DNA of 64,000 nt from an uncultured Gammaproteobacteria bacterium (GTDB lineage Bacteria; Pseudomonadota; Gammaproteobacteria; Chromatiales; Chromatiaceae), in the NCBI GenBank assembly GCA_963922315.1, contig CAWUID010000002.1:9546-73545 (forward strand), in the 5' to 3' direction. Position 1 is the stretch's first letter; the number at the start of each line of letters is the position of its first letter. Below the pieces are notes generated by a model. That model made no database searches and was not told the origin of the DNA. It saw only the letters and a list, made by a program, of their open reading frames with translations. The translations under genes were made by a program, and so were the position numbers. Below are positions 1 to 11,860 of this stretch, in pieces.

Positions 1-318
1 CACAGTCAATGCTCTCTGTCCAAAGCAGAACAGGGTACCCTGCACTTTTTAAGGCAATGGGTGCCTGCCGGTGCCTCACCCATGTGCGGTAATTCAATCT
101 GCCAGGATCGGCGTTTTCTGGCACGTCTGATGCCAGACCTGGAACGATTTTTTCATTATCGGCATCTGGATGTGTCTACTCTGAAGGTACTGGCTGAACG
201 CTGGGCCCCTGAGGTCGCCGCCAGTGTGAACAAAACCTCAGCCCATCTGGCCTTATCTGATATCAAAGACTCTATCGCTGAACTTATTCATTATCGTCAG
301 CATCTGTTGCGTGTTTAA
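1..318 (+). CDS. orn: Oligoribonuclease, C-terminal part (gene starts upstream of the window)
   Basis: The frame is open from nt 1. [49 protein letters not shown] matches the C-terminal half of E. coli Orn almost residue for residue. Confidence 0.9.
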   Translation, partial: HSQCSLSKAEQGTLHFLRQWVPAGASPMCGNSICQDRRFLARLMPDLERFFHYRHLDVSTLKVLAERWAPEVAASVNKTSAHLALSDIKDSIAELIHYRQHLLRV

Positions 319-338
319 ACCCCCGGAAATGCCCCGCT

Positions 339-872
339 ATGAAGATCTTATTTGATCTGTTACCCGTCATTCTGTTTGTCGCAGCCTACCAGTTATACGA
401 TATCTATGTCGCTACCCTGACACTGATGGCAGCGATGCCACTGCAACTGGCCTGGATGCGCTGGAGTGGCAAACCTATTGAAAAAATGCACTGGATCACG
501 CTGGCACTGGTTCTGGTATTCGGCGGGTTAACCCTGAGCTTCCGGGATCCGCTGTTTATCATGTGGAAACCTACCGTGATCAACCTGTTGCTGGCAGCCG
601 CCGTATTGGGCTCAGAGTGGTGGATGAAGCGCAGCTTTATGCAGCGCATGTTGCACAAGGTAGCCCCTTTTCCAGCATCCGTCTGCAGAAACTTATCTTA
701 TGCCTGGGCGATCTTTTTCATTCTGCTCGGCGTTCTGAATCTGTATGTTGCTTATTCATTTTCCGAAGCAGTCTGGGTGAATTTTAAATTGTTCGGTTTG
801 ATGGGCTTAAGCCTGATATTTGCCCTGGGACAAGGGTTTTACCTGGCACGTCATATGCCGAAACCGGCTTAG
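339..872 (+). CDS. yciB: Intracellular septation protein A (YciB/IspZ family)
   Basis: 177-aa polytopic membrane ORF. The N-terminus MKILFDLLPVILF and the length are typical of YciB. It sits directly before lapA-lapB. Confidence 0.8.
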   Translation: MKILFDLLPVILFVAAYQLYDIYVATLTLMAAMPLQLAWMRWSGKPIEKMHWITLALVLVFGGLTLSFRDPLFIMWKPTVINLLLAAAVLGSEWWMKRSFMQRMLHKVAPFPASVCRNLSYAWAIFFILLGVLNLYVAYSFSEAVWVNFKLFGLMGLSLIFALGQGFYLARHMPKPA

Positions 873-883
873 CTTATTACAGA

Positions 884-1177
884 GTGCTGGCGATGCAACT
901 GATCAGGTTTGTTTTTGTCGTCTTGTTGCTGATAGCTGGCATGGCGTTCGCCCTGATCAATCATACGCCCGTCTCACTGGATTTTTATGTCACAAGCATG
1001 GAACTCCCTTTGTTCGTTATCATTCTGCTGGCGATCGGTTGCGGATTATTGCTCGGCTCTGTATTAAGCCTGTTTTTCTTTTTACGACTAAAGCGTGAGA
1101 ACCGTCGCCTGCAACGTCAATATGATGCCATTCAGCAGGAAGTCACCAATCTGCGTACCCTGCCGGTAAAGCCATAA
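884..1177 (+). CDS. lapA: Lipopolysaccharide assembly protein LapA (DUF1049/YciS)
   Basis: 97 aa with two TM helices and a basic coiled tail (LKRENRRLQRQYDAIQQEV). It lies 4 nt upstream of lapB, as in enterics. Confidence 0.7.
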   Translation: MLAMQLIRFVFVVLLLIAGMAFALINHTPVSLDFYVTSMELPLFVIILLAIGCGLLLGSVLSLFFFLRLKRENRRLQRQYDAIQQEVTNLRTLPVKP

Positions 1178-1181
1178 GGCA

Positions 1182-2351
1182 ATGTCTGGTGTGAATACAC
1201 TAAACCTGCTCTGGCTGCTGTTACCAATCGCCGCTACTTGTGGCTGGTGGGCTGCCTTACGCAGTCGGCATAAAGCAGCATCAACAACACCCGATTGGGT
1301 TAACCCGGACTGTTTTCGTGGCATACACCATGTGCTGAACGAAGAACCGGATAAAGCAGTGATGGTTTTCAGCCAGATACTGGAAACCCGCAGTGATCTG
1401 GTTGATATTCACCTGATACTCGGTAGCCTGTTTCGACAACAAGGTGAAACCGGTCGTGCGGTACAGGTGCACCAGAACTTGTTAGCAAGGCCTGACCTGA
1501 CCACAAAGCGGCAGGCACAAATTTTACTGGAACTGGGACGCGACTATCTGCAGGCTGGCTTGTTAGATCGGGCCGAGACATTATTTCAGGATTTGCGTAC
1601 AAAAAAACAATGTGTGCCGGAAGCATTACGCCATCTGCGTAGCGTATATCTGCAGGAAAAGGCCTGGCTATCCTGTCTGCAAACCAGTGAGGCACTGGAA
1701 AAAGCAACTCAAGAAGACCTGTCACTGGAAAAATCACACTTTTTTTGTGAACTGGCAATTGAGGCGCAACATCTGGGACAGATTGCACAAACCAAACTGT
1801 ACCTCAAACGTGCGTTAAAGATGCATCCTGGTTGTGTGCGAGCCAATCATTTGCTGGGACAAATTGCCTGGCAGGCAGGAAAACACCGCTCAGCCATCTC
1901 CCACTGGCAACAGACCGTACGCGACGATCCCGGTTATCTGCCGGAAGTCTGGCCAGATTTATTGCATGCCCACCAGACACTGGACACATTGGCCGAGCTC
2001 AACACACTGCTCACAGAAATCGCAGATGTGGTACCCAAACCAGCCATTACAATATATCAGGCTGAAGTATTGCAGGAATGCAAAAATCAGATAATCGCGA
2101 CAGACTTACTGCTGAATGCCATAAAACAGTCTCCATCAATTCCTGCTATCACAGCTTATCTGCAACAACACACAGATCAAACACACGCAATTGATCTGAA
2201 AACATTGTCTGCAGGACTCCGGAAAATACAACAACAGCAGACACAATACCAGTGTCGTCAGTGCGGTTTTCAATCACACAAGATGCACTGGCAATGTCCA
2301 CGCTGTTCAGCCTGGGGTACGATCCGCCGCCACTTAACCAGCCTGACCTGA
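1182..2351 (+). CDS. lapB: Lipopolysaccharide assembly protein LapB (YciM)
   Basis: N-terminal TM helix, TPR-like repeats, and a C-terminal rubredoxin-type metal site CRQCGF...CPRCSAWG. Confidence 0.85.
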   Translation: MSGVNTLNLLWLLLPIAATCGWWAALRSRHKAASTTPDWVNPDCFRGIHHVLNEEPDKAVMVFSQILETRSDLVDIHLILGSLFRQQGETGRAVQVHQNLLARPDLTTKRQAQILLELGRDYLQAGLLDRAETLFQDLRTKKQCVPEALRHLRSVYLQEKAWLSCLQTSEALEKATQEDLSLEKSHFFCELAIEAQHLGQIAQTKLYLKRALKMHPGCVRANHLLGQIAWQAGKHRSAISHWQQTVRDDPGYLPEVWPDLLHAHQTLDTLAELNTLLTEIADVVPKPAITIYQAEVLQECKNQIIATDLLLNAIKQSPSIPAITAYLQQHTDQTHAIDLKTLSAGLRKIQQQQTQYQCRQCGFQSHKMHWQCPRCSAWGTIRRHLTSLT

Positions 2352-2361
2352 ACTTAACTGA

Positions 2362-3843
<1,482 letters not shown>

Positions 3844-3852
3844 AGTATTACT

Positions 3853-5394
3853 ATGGATCGTTTAATAATTTTTGACACCACATTACGTGACGGAGAACAA
3901 AGTCCGGGCGCTTCAATGACCCGGGATGAGAAAGTCCGTATTGCCCGTTCCTTAGAAAAATTACGGGTAGACGTCATTGAAGCAGGTTTTCCAGCAGCAA
4001 GTTCCGGTGATTTTAATGCCGTACAAGCAGTGGCAACAGCAATACAAAACACAACAGTCTGTGCATTAGCACGTGCTTTACCAAGTGACATAGAACAGGC
4101 CGCACAAGCCATCAAACCCGCTGCATCCGGTAGAATTCATACATTCATTGCCACATCACCTCTGCATATGCATTACAAATTACGCATGAGCCCGGAACAG
4201 GTACTGGAACAAACTACAAAGGCTGTACGTCAGGCACGTCAGATGACAGATGATGTCGAGTTTTCAGCTGAAGATGCTGGTCGATCTGAAACAGACTTTT
4301 TGTGTCGTGTGATTGAAGCCGCCATTGATGCCGGGGCAGGCACCATCAACATACCGGATACGGTCGGCTATAACGTACCAACTCAGTTCGGAGAGACCTT
4401 ATATACATTAATAGAACGGGTACCAAATGCCGATCAGGCGATTTTTTCAGTACATTGCCACAACGACCTCGGCTTAGCTGTTGCTAACTCATTATCTGCC
4501 GTTATGAACGGAGCACGACAGGTCGAATGTACCATTAATGGTCTTGGCGAACGGGCGGGTAACGCCGCATTAGAAGAAATTGTGATGGCTGTGCGAACAC
4601 GACAGGACATCTTTGCCTGTGACACACAATTAAATACCACCCAGATCGTTAATTGCTCCAGACTGGTTTCAAATATCACTGGCTTCCCGGTGCAACCTAA
4701 CAAGGCCATTGTCGGCGCAAATGCATTTGCACACGAATCAGGTATCCATCAGGACGGTGTCTTAAAACATCGTGAAACCTATGAAATCATGCGGGCAGAA
4801 GATGTTGGCTGGAGCCAGAACCGGATGGTACTTGGTAAACACTCCGGACGTAATGCATTCCGCACACACATGGCAACCTTAGGTAATCATTTTGCTTCAG
4901 AAGAAGAATTAAATGAAACTTTTGTGCGATTCAAAGCCTTAGCTGATAAAAAACATGACATATTCGATGATGATCTGCAGACATTAGTTACAGAAACAAC
5001 ACCAGATAATGATCATATTAAACTGATCAGCTTAAACGTCACTTCTGGGACCGGAAAATCACCAAAAGCTGATATTATTATCTGCATAGATGATCAGGAA
5101 CAATACACAACTGCAACCGGTGATGGGCCGGTTGATGCTTGTTATCAGGCATTGGAATCCTTAATTAAATCCGGTGCTGAATTGCAATTATATTCAGTCA
5201 ATAATGTTACTCAAGGTACAGATAGCCAGGGAGAAGTGACTGTACGATTGGAAAAAACAGGACATCTGGTCAATGGAAGAGGTGCAGATACAGATATTAT
5301 CGTAGCCTCAGTAAAGGCCTATATCAATGGCTGCAATAAGTTATTTAACCTGAAAAAAAAGGCACATCCACAACACACCTCAAGCCATGTCTGA
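3853..5394 (+). CDS. leuA: 2-isopropylmalate synthase
   Basis: LRDGEQSPG and [13 protein letters not shown] motifs plus the C-terminal LeuA regulatory domain. 513 aa. Confidence 0.95.
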   Translation: MDRLIIFDTTLRDGEQSPGASMTRDEKVRIARSLEKLRVDVIEAGFPAASSGDFNAVQAVATAIQNTTVCALARALPSDIEQAAQAIKPAASGRIHTFIATSPLHMHYKLRMSPEQVLEQTTKAVRQARQMTDDVEFSAEDAGRSETDFLCRVIEAAIDAGAGTINIPDTVGYNVPTQFGETLYTLIERVPNADQAIFSVHCHNDLGLAVANSLSAVMNGARQVECTINGLGERAGNAALEEIVMAVRTRQDIFACDTQLNTTQIVNCSRLVSNITGFPVQPNKAIVGANAFAHESGIHQDGVLKHRETYEIMRAEDVGWSQNRMVLGKHSGRNAFRTHMATLGNHFASEEELNETFVRFKALADKKHDIFDDDLQTLVTETTPDNDHIKLISLNVTSGTGKSPKADIIICIDDQEQYTTATGDGPVDACYQALESLIKSGAELQLYSVNNVTQGTDSQGEVTVRLEKTGHLVNGRGADTDIIVASVKAYINGCNKLFNLKKKAHPQHTSSHV

Positions 5395-6061
5395 TGCCGG
5401 AAGAACGGCTTATCTGCAAGCGATGGATATCCCGATCTGGATAAGTAAAACCGGACAACAACAAGACGTATCAGCGCAAAAAGATATACCTGTTACCAAC
5501 CTGAACTGGGAACAACTGGAACATCAGGTCAGCCACTGCCAACAATGTGGACTCATTCAGTCACGTAAACAAACCGTATTTGGTGCCGGCAACCAACAGG
5601 CAGAATTGATGATCATCGGAGAAGCACCAGGTGCAGAAGAAGACCGACAAGGGCTACCGTTTGTCGGGCGCGCCGGACAACTGCTAACCAATATGCTCAG
5701 TGCGATCAGATTAGATCGGAAACAAATCTACATCGCAAACATACTGAAATGTCGTCCACCAGGCAACCGGGATCCACAACCTGCTGAAGTCATCGCCTGT
5801 AAGGAATACCTGAATCGACAAATTGCACTGATACAACCTCGTCTGATTTTATCAGTCGGTGGCGTTTCAGCGAAAAACCTGCTTGATACCGATCAGCCAG
5901 TTAGTCGACTACGTGGCAAATTTCACCAATACGCACCAACACAAACTAAACTGATGGTCACTTATCATCCGGCATACCTGTTGCGACGACCGGAAGAAAA
6001 AGAAAAGACCTGGAAAGACTTGCAACAAGTCAGAATTTATTTGTCCGATACTTCCCACTGA
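5387..6061 (+). CDS. Uracil-DNA glycosylase, family 4 (Fe-S type)
   Basis: [26 protein letters not shown] and HPAYLLR motifs. It overlaps the leuA stop by 8 nt. Confidence 0.85.
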   Translation: MSDAGRTAYLQAMDIPIWISKTGQQQDVSAQKDIPVTNLNWEQLEHQVSHCQQCGLIQSRKQTVFGAGNQQAELMIIGEAPGAEEDRQGLPFVGRAGQLLTNMLSAIRLDRKQIYIANILKCRPPGNRDPQPAEVIACKEYLNRQIALIQPRLILSVGGVSAKNLLDTDQPVSRLRGKFHQYAPTQTKLMVTYHPAYLLRRPEEKEKTWKDLQQVRIYLSDTSH

Positions 6062-6073
6062 TACATTATTTCT

Positions 6074-7525
6074 ATGCTCAACAGTCCTGTTGCATCAGTC
6101 TGCGAATACCTGCTGACACCCGTCGGCCTGGATGAACGCTCAATAGTGCAGACAATGGATAAACTCCTGCACAAAAATATTGATATTGCCGATATCTATT
6201 GTCACCATCTGCATCGTGAAGTCTGGAGTTTAGAAGATAGTATTGTTAAAGAAGGAAGTCACCAGATAGAGCAGGGAATAGGTATACGCGCTGTAAATGG
6301 TGAAAAAACCGGATTTTCCTGCACTAACCAATTCAGTTTACCAGCACTGATCAAAGCAGCAAAAACTGCCCGGGAAATTGCAGCATGTGGACAAAAATGT
6401 GCAACTCATAAAATTGATAAAAAGACAGCAGATAAATATTATAGCTTTCAGAATCCACTGGCATCAACTGACGAACAATCCAGATTAAAACTGATGCATG
6501 CAGTAGATACTGCAGCACGAGCTTATGATCAGAGAGTGACACAGGTTAATGTTGATCTGGCAGCAGCATACGAACACGTCTTAATCTGTGATGAAAATTA
6601 TCAATTCAGTGCAGATATACGGCCACTGATACGATTAAATGTTAGTGTCATCGTAGAACATAAAGGCAAACGAGAGCAAGGCAGCAGTGGGGGTGGGGCC
6701 AGAAGTACCCTGGAATTTTTGTCAGAACAAAACCGTGCAATCAGCTATGCCAAAGAAGCTGTACGGCAAGCACTGGTCAATCTGGAAGCACAGGAAGCAC
6801 CTGCGGGTACATTACCTGTCGTGTTAGCTTCCGGCTGGCCAGGTGTATTATTACATGAAGCCGTTGGTCACGGACTGGAAGGTGATTTTAACCGGAAGAG
6901 AACGTCAGCTTTCAGTGACGCATTAGGACAAAAAGTTGCAAGCACTAACTGTACTGTAGTCGATAACGGGACATTACCCAATCGACGCGGATCGTTAAAC
7001 ATAGATGACGAAGGTAATCAAACACAAGAGACTGTTCTGATTGAAAATGGCATATTGCGTAACTACCTGCAGGATCGTATCAATGCGCGTCTGATGAAAT
7101 TGCCAGTTACCGGTAATGGTAGACGAGAATCCTATGCTTATCTGCCTATGCCACGTATGACAAACACTTATATGAAATCAGGAGAACAGACCCCTGAAGA
7201 TATTATAAAATCAGTCAGAAAAGGACTGTATGCAGTGAATTTTTCTGGGGGTCAGGTTGACATTACCTCAGGGAAATTTGTATTTTCTGCCAGTGAAGCC
7301 TATTTAATTGAAGATGGAAAAGTCACAGCCCCGGTTAAGGGAGCGACGCTCATCGGTGATGGACCAGAAGTAATGAAAAAAATCAGTCGAGTGGGTAACG
7401 ATTTAGAACTGGATAGTGGTATCGGCGTATGCGGAAAGGAAGGGCAAAGTGTACCGGTGGGAGTGGGGCAGCCGACTCTTAGAATTGACGAGTTAACTGT
7501 AGGTGGGACTCAAATAAAAGCCTGA
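6074..7525 (+). CDS. tldD: Metalloprotease TldD
   Basis: 483 aa with the HEAVGHGLEGD zinc motif. TldD/PmbA family architecture. Confidence 0.93.
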   Translation: MLNSPVASVCEYLLTPVGLDERSIVQTMDKLLHKNIDIADIYCHHLHREVWSLEDSIVKEGSHQIEQGIGIRAVNGEKTGFSCTNQFSLPALIKAAKTAREIAACGQKCATHKIDKKTADKYYSFQNPLASTDEQSRLKLMHAVDTAARAYDQRVTQVNVDLAAAYEHVLICDENYQFSADIRPLIRLNVSVIVEHKGKREQGSSGGGARSTLEFLSEQNRAISYAKEAVRQALVNLEAQEAPAGTLPVVLASGWPGVLLHEAVGHGLEGDFNRKRTSAFSDALGQKVASTNCTVVDNGTLPNRRGSLNIDDEGNQTQETVLIENGILRNYLQDRINARLMKLPVTGNGRRESYAYLPMPRMTNTYMKSGEQTPEDIIKSVRKGLYAVNFSGGQVDITSGKFVFSASEAYLIEDGKVTAPVKGATLIGDGPEVMKKISRVGNDLELDSGIGVCGKEGQSVPVGVGQPTLRIDELTVGGTQIKA

Positions 7526-7575
7526 AATTTTTAAATAAATATTTGATTTTGAATTAATTTCAGTGAAATGCAAAG

Positions 7576-7651
<76 letters not shown>

Positions 7652-7717
7652 AACAATGTGTATTAGATACCAATATCACCCTGAACGTCAAGTATTTTAA
7701 TACTGGTAGTTTATATT

Positions 7718-7969
7718 GTGGAATTCGAACAACTATGTGAACTGATTCGGAATACATTGAAAATCAGCAATGTGTCGCTGGATCGGAGCACCAGACTGCT
7801 TAGTGACTTACCCGAATTTGATTCTCTGAGCCTGCTTATATTACTTAAAAGTCTCGAAGAAAAATACAACATCAGTATAGAGAAAGATGAACTAAGCAGT
7901 GATATTTTCGCAACAATTGGCAGCTTGTGGCAGTTTATAAAAAATAAAAATATGAAAAGCCCGATATGA
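7718..7969 (+). CDS. Acyl/peptidyl carrier protein-like small protein
   Basis: 83 aa with a GTG start. Carrier-protein helix-II motif [10 protein letters not shown] (Ser is the putative phosphopantetheine site). ATGA overlap with hemF. Low-GC codon usage. Confidence 0.5.
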   Translation: MEFEQLCELIRNTLKISNVSLDRSTRLLSDLPEFDSLSLLILLKSLEEKYNISIEKDELSSDIFATIGSLWQFIKNKNMKSPI

Positions 7970-8895
7970 AGAAAAAAATTGATATAGAGTCAGTCAGAAG
8001 TTACCTGAAAAATTTACAGCAAATCATCTGCAAAGAACTTGAGCAGGAAGACAAAAAAAAGTTTATAGAAGATAACTGGGAAAGAACCGAAGGTGGTGGT
8101 GGATGTTCCTGTGTTCTGGAGAAGGGAGAGGTTTTTGAAAAAGCAGGTGTTAATTTTTCTCATATCCATGGTGAGGAACTTCCTGCTTCAGCTACCACAG
8201 CACGACCAGAATTAACTGGATGTTCATTTCAAGCCATGGGTATTTCAATTGTTGTGCATCCCAGAAATCCTCATGCACCTACTTCACATGCAAATTTACG
8301 CTTCTTTATTGCAGAGAAGCCAGATACAGAATCTGTATGGTGGTTTGGTGGCGGCTTTGATCTTACACCTTATTATGGCTATGATGAAGATGCTATTCAT
8401 TGGCACAGGACAGCCAAATTCGCCTGTGACCCTTTTGGTGAAGATGTCTATACACGTTACAAAGCCTGGTGTGATCGCTATTTTTATATAAAACACAGAA
8501 ATGAAGCACGTGGTATCGGTGGACTCTTTTTTGATGACCTGAATACACCAGACTTTACGCAATCATTTGCCTTAGTAAAAAGCGTGGGGGACCATTATCT
8601 TCCAGCTTATTTACCTATCATCAAAAAACGAAAAAATATTCCGTATGGCACAAAAGAACGCGAGTTCCAGCTATACCGACGAGGTAGATATGTCGAATTT
8701 AACCTGGTTTATGACCGGGGAACACTGTTTGGCTTGCAGAGTCAGGGAAGAACAGAGTCTATTCTTATGTCATTACCTCCGGTAGTACACTGGAATTATA
8801 ATCATAAATCAGAAAAGAATAGCGAAGAAAAGAAACTATATGATTACTACCTTAAGCCGAAAAATTGGCTATCTGATCAAACCACATTTATCTGA
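7966..8895 (+). CDS. hemF: Oxygen-dependent coproporphyrinogen III oxidase
   Basis: [30 protein letters not shown] and [10 protein letters not shown] motifs. 309 aa. Confidence 0.95.
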   Translation: MKKKIDIESVRSYLKNLQQIICKELEQEDKKKFIEDNWERTEGGGGCSCVLEKGEVFEKAGVNFSHIHGEELPASATTARPELTGCSFQAMGISIVVHPRNPHAPTSHANLRFFIAEKPDTESVWWFGGGFDLTPYYGYDEDAIHWHRTAKFACDPFGEDVYTRYKAWCDRYFYIKHRNEARGIGGLFFDDLNTPDFTQSFALVKSVGDHYLPAYLPIIKKRKNIPYGTKEREFQLYRRGRYVEFNLVYDRGTLFGLQSQGRTESILMSLPPVVHWNYNHKSEKNSEEKKLYDYYLKPKNWLSDQTTFI

Positions 8896-8911
8896 ATAAA
8901 GGTAAAAAGTT

Positions 8912-10201
8912 ATCGAAATCTGGCATCACATACAGAAAAAGCTGAAGAAAGATCTGACTCAGCAAGAATATAGTACCTGGATACAACCGTTACAGTGTGT
9001 GCAAACTGAGGAAAAGTTGCAGCTTTTTTCTCCGAATTCGTTCGTTATGAAATGGGTGAAAGAACACTATGAAGAAAAAATTAATGGTTATCTTAAACGA
9101 ATTCAGTCCGATACAATTCTAGACATAAGAGTTGGTAACACAGAAAAAAGAGAAGATTTACAAGAAAAAGAAAATTACAAATCAAATGTTAATGAATCAT
9201 TTACTTTCGAAAACTTTGTTGAAGGAAAATCAAATCAATTAGCACGTGCTGCTGGTATACAGGTAGGTGAGAATCCAGGAACAATTTATAATCCAATGTT
9301 CATATATGGTGGCGTCGGGTTAGGAAAAACTCATTTGATGCAGGCAGTAGGCAATATTATCCAGAAAAAGAATCCGAATGCTAAAGTGCTTTACATGCAT
9401 TCAGAACGTTTTGTCGCGAATATGGTCAGGGCGTTGCAACACGGACTCATGGAAGAATTTAAAAAATCTGTACGCGAAGTAAATGCATTACTGATTGATG
9501 ACATACAGTTTTTTGCTGGAAAAGAACGCAGCCAGGAAGAATTTTTTCATACGTTCAATACATTATTTGAGTCCCATCAGCAGATTATATTAACCAGTGA
9601 TTGCTTTCCTAAAGAGGTGAAAGGTTTAGAAGATCGCCTTAAATCGCGATTTGGTTGGGGCCTGACTGTTGCTATAGAGCCACCTGACTTAGAGACCAGA
9701 ATGGCTATTCTGATGAGTAAAGCAACACAGTTATGTAAAACTGAGTTGCCTGATGAAGTTGCTCTTTTCGTCGCAAAAAATGTTCGTTCCAATGTCAGAG
9801 AACTTGAGGGTGCTTTACGTCGAATCAGTGCTAATGCTCAATTCACCGGACAACCAATAACAATTAGTTTTGCTAAAGAAGCACTACGAGATATGTTAGA
9901 TGCTAATGCAAGATTAGTTACGTTAGAGAACATCCAGAAAACTGTTGCAGAGTACTTTAAAACCCGGACATCAGATTTAATATCAAATAAACGTAGCAGA
10001 GCTATTGCACGACCCAGGCAAATTGCCATGTCACTCTCCAAAGAATTAACCAATCATAGTTTGCCTGAGATTGGTGAATCATTTGGTGGAAGAGACCATA
10101 CAACTGTTTTGTATGGAATACGAAAAATAAAAGAACTTCAAGGTATAGATCAAAGGGTCACTGAGGACTATAACAACCTGTTGAGAATTCTGAGTAATTA
10201 A
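8912..10201 (+). CDS. dnaA: Chromosomal replication initiator DnaA (start codon non-canonical or unresolved)
   Basis: [31 protein letters not shown] and [12 protein letters not shown] are present, with near-collinear similarity to E. coli DnaA. The canonical-start ORF begins at GTG 8999. DnaA domain-I homology ([28 protein letters not shown]) continues upstream to the stop codons at 8897/8903. Confidence 0.9.
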   Translation: MEIWHHIQKKLKKDLTQQEYSTWIQPLQCVQTEEKLQLFSPNSFVMKWVKEHYEEKINGYLKRIQSDTILDIRVGNTEKREDLQEKENYKSNVNESFTFENFVEGKSNQLARAAGIQVGENPGTIYNPMFIYGGVGLGKTHLMQAVGNIIQKKNPNAKVLYMHSERFVANMVRALQHGLMEEFKKSVREVNALLIDDIQFFAGKERSQEEFFHTFNTLFESHQQIILTSDCFPKEVKGLEDRLKSRFGWGLTVAIEPPDLETRMAILMSKATQLCKTELPDEVALFVAKNVRSNVRELEGALRRISANAQFTGQPITISFAKEALRDMLDANARLVTLENIQKTVAEYFKTRTSDLISNKRSRAIARPRQIAMSLSKELTNHSLPEIGESFGGRDHTTVLYGIRKIKELQGIDQRVTEDYNNLLRILSN

Positions 10202-10212
10202 TGTGAGTAATC

Positions 10213-10256
10213 TGTGGATAATATTGAAAAGCCATATTGTCCACAATTTATCCACA
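10213..10256. promoter_or_regulatory. Cluster of three DnaA boxes directly downstream of dnaA
   Basis: TGTGGATAA (10213-10221, perfect, inverted), TTGTCCACA (10237-10245, 1 mismatch) and TTATCCACA (10248-10256, perfect). A very AT-rich stretch follows. Confidence 0.7.
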
Positions 10257-10443
10257 GTTTTCTATAGAATTCATACTCAGATTATTAACACACCTTTTTC
10301 AAGATAAGTTACTGATTTCTTTGAGAAAAAAGCAAAAAACCTCTATTACTCACAGGCTTAATAGTAATATATTAGTTAAATTAAATACGTTATTAGAGGT
10401 GCCTGTCTAAATCGGATACTCCAAAAACGGTACATTTGACTGA

Positions 10444-10561
10444 AATCAAATTTTAAATCGTGGGCGAGGTATGAAACCTTGCCCACGACCAAAGGGGCGA
10501 GAGCTACGCCTCTCCCCCTTTGGAAACCCCCATGGTTTTGTCCCCGCCGCAAGCGGCGGGG
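10444..10561 (+). repeat. Three-hairpin structured repeat, copy A
   Basis: AATCAAATTTTAAATCG, then HP1 (CGTGGGCGAGG/CCTTGCCCACG), HP2 (CCAAAGGGGcGAGAG/CTCTCCCCCTTTGG) and HP3 (CCCCGCCGC/GCGGCGGGG). Nearly identical to copy B. This is a GC-rich element in AT-rich surroundings. Confidence 0.8.
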
Positions 10562-10775
10562 AATTCTCAGATTAAAAGCTAAGTACCTAATCTGACGACA
10601 GTATTCAAGAGTTTAAACAACGTAGTACTGCAGACGATGCGCGCCATACGCCATTTTAATAACTTCCACAAAATCCTTGTACCGTCGTTGGGCTCATTCA
10701 CCCACGGCTGAAGCCGTAGTATTCTATCTGCGGTCATAAAGATTGATACCCGTAACATAATGTAACTACATCAAA

Positions 10776-11846
10776 ATGTCTGAATTGAAAAACAGCACTT
10801 TTCTGCGTGCTTTATTAAGGCAATCTGTCGATAAAACCCCGGTCTGGATGATGCGTCAGGCTGGTCGTTATCTTCCTGAATATCGTGCTACTCGCGAGAA
10901 AGCTGGTAGTTTTCTGAACTTGTGTAAAAATCCTGAGCTAGCTTGCGAAGTTACTTTACAACCATTAGCCCGTTTTCCATTAGATGCTGCCATCATATTT
11001 TCTGATATTCTGACTATTCCCGATGCTATGGGATTAGGGTTATATTTCAGGGAAGGAGAAGGGCCAAAATTCGAGTATCCGATTCGAGATCGGAGGTCTA
11101 TTCAATCTCTGGGCACTCCTGATCCACAGCAAGAATTAGGCTATGTTCTGGATGCAATACAATTAACCCGCCACGAGTTAGATGGAAAAGTACCATTGAT
11201 TGGTTTTTCAGGTAGTCCCTGGACACTGGCAACTTATATGATAGAAGGTTCTGCTACTAAAACCTTTTCCCGGAGCAAAGGTTTATTGTTTGAAGATCCA
11301 AAGTCATTACATCACTTATTAGATATTTTATCCGAGTCTGTTATTTTATATTTGAATGCTCAGATCAAAGCCGGTGCTCAGGCTGTTATGATATTCGATA
11401 CATGGGGGGGAGTACTAACACAAAAAGATTATGATATTTTTTCATTAAGTTATATGCAAAAAATTATTGATAAATTAGATACAAAGACATCGGAAGGCCA
11501 GATACCTGTTATTTTGTTTACCAAAGGTGGTGGGCAGTGGCTGGAAGCTATGGCGGGAACTGGTTGTGATGCACTAGGACTAGACTGGACGGTGAACATT
11601 AATGATGCCAGGAGAAGGGTTGGACATCAGGTTGCATTACAAGGTAACCTGGATCCTTGTACATTGTATGCATCACCAGATGTGATAGAACGATCAGTAA
11701 GGGAAATCCTTACTGCATATGGTTCTGGTAATGGCCATATTTTTAATCTGGGTCATGGTATCCATCCTGATATTCCACCAGAACATGTCAAGGCTATGAT
11801 AGATGCCGTACACGAATATAGTCGTATCTATCATACTGTAAAGTAA
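10776..11846 (+). CDS. hemE: Uroporphyrinogen decarboxylase
   Basis: [14 protein letters not shown] and [14 protein letters not shown] motifs. 356 aa. Confidence 0.95.
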   Translation: MSELKNSTFLRALLRQSVDKTPVWMMRQAGRYLPEYRATREKAGSFLNLCKNPELACEVTLQPLARFPLDAAIIFSDILTIPDAMGLGLYFREGEGPKFEYPIRDRRSIQSLGTPDPQQELGYVLDAIQLTRHELDGKVPLIGFSGSPWTLATYMIEGSATKTFSRSKGLLFEDPKSLHHLLDILSESVILYLNAQIKAGAQAVMIFDTWGGVLTQKDYDIFSLSYMQKIIDKLDTKTSEGQIPVILFTKGGGQWLEAMAGTGCDALGLDWTVNINDARRRVGHQVALQGNLDPCTLYASPDVIERSVREILTAYGSGNGHIFNLGHGIHPDIPPEHVKAMIDAVHEYSRIYHTVK

Positions 11847-11860
11847 ATACTGTTCTGACT

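Noticed and set aside
3853-5394. leuA lies 55 kb from leuCDB, xseB-ispA lacks dxs, and no leu leader/attenuator precedes leuA (9-nt spacer after guaB). I considered these as signs of misassembly.
   Set aside because: Dispersed leu and isoprenoid genes are common outside enterics. Gene junctions here are tight and in consistent operon-like arrays. This is noted as context only.
10561-10644. A cluster of restriction sites (EcoRI GAATTC, PmeI GTTTAAAC, ScaI AGTACT, PstI CTGCAG, BssHII GCGCGC) within about 85 bp, reminiscent of a polylinker or cloning scar.
   Set aside because: No vector-like sequence flanks it, and the sites are not arranged as a known polylinker. Several other EcoRI sites occur in the same AT-rich block. 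It is most likely chance.
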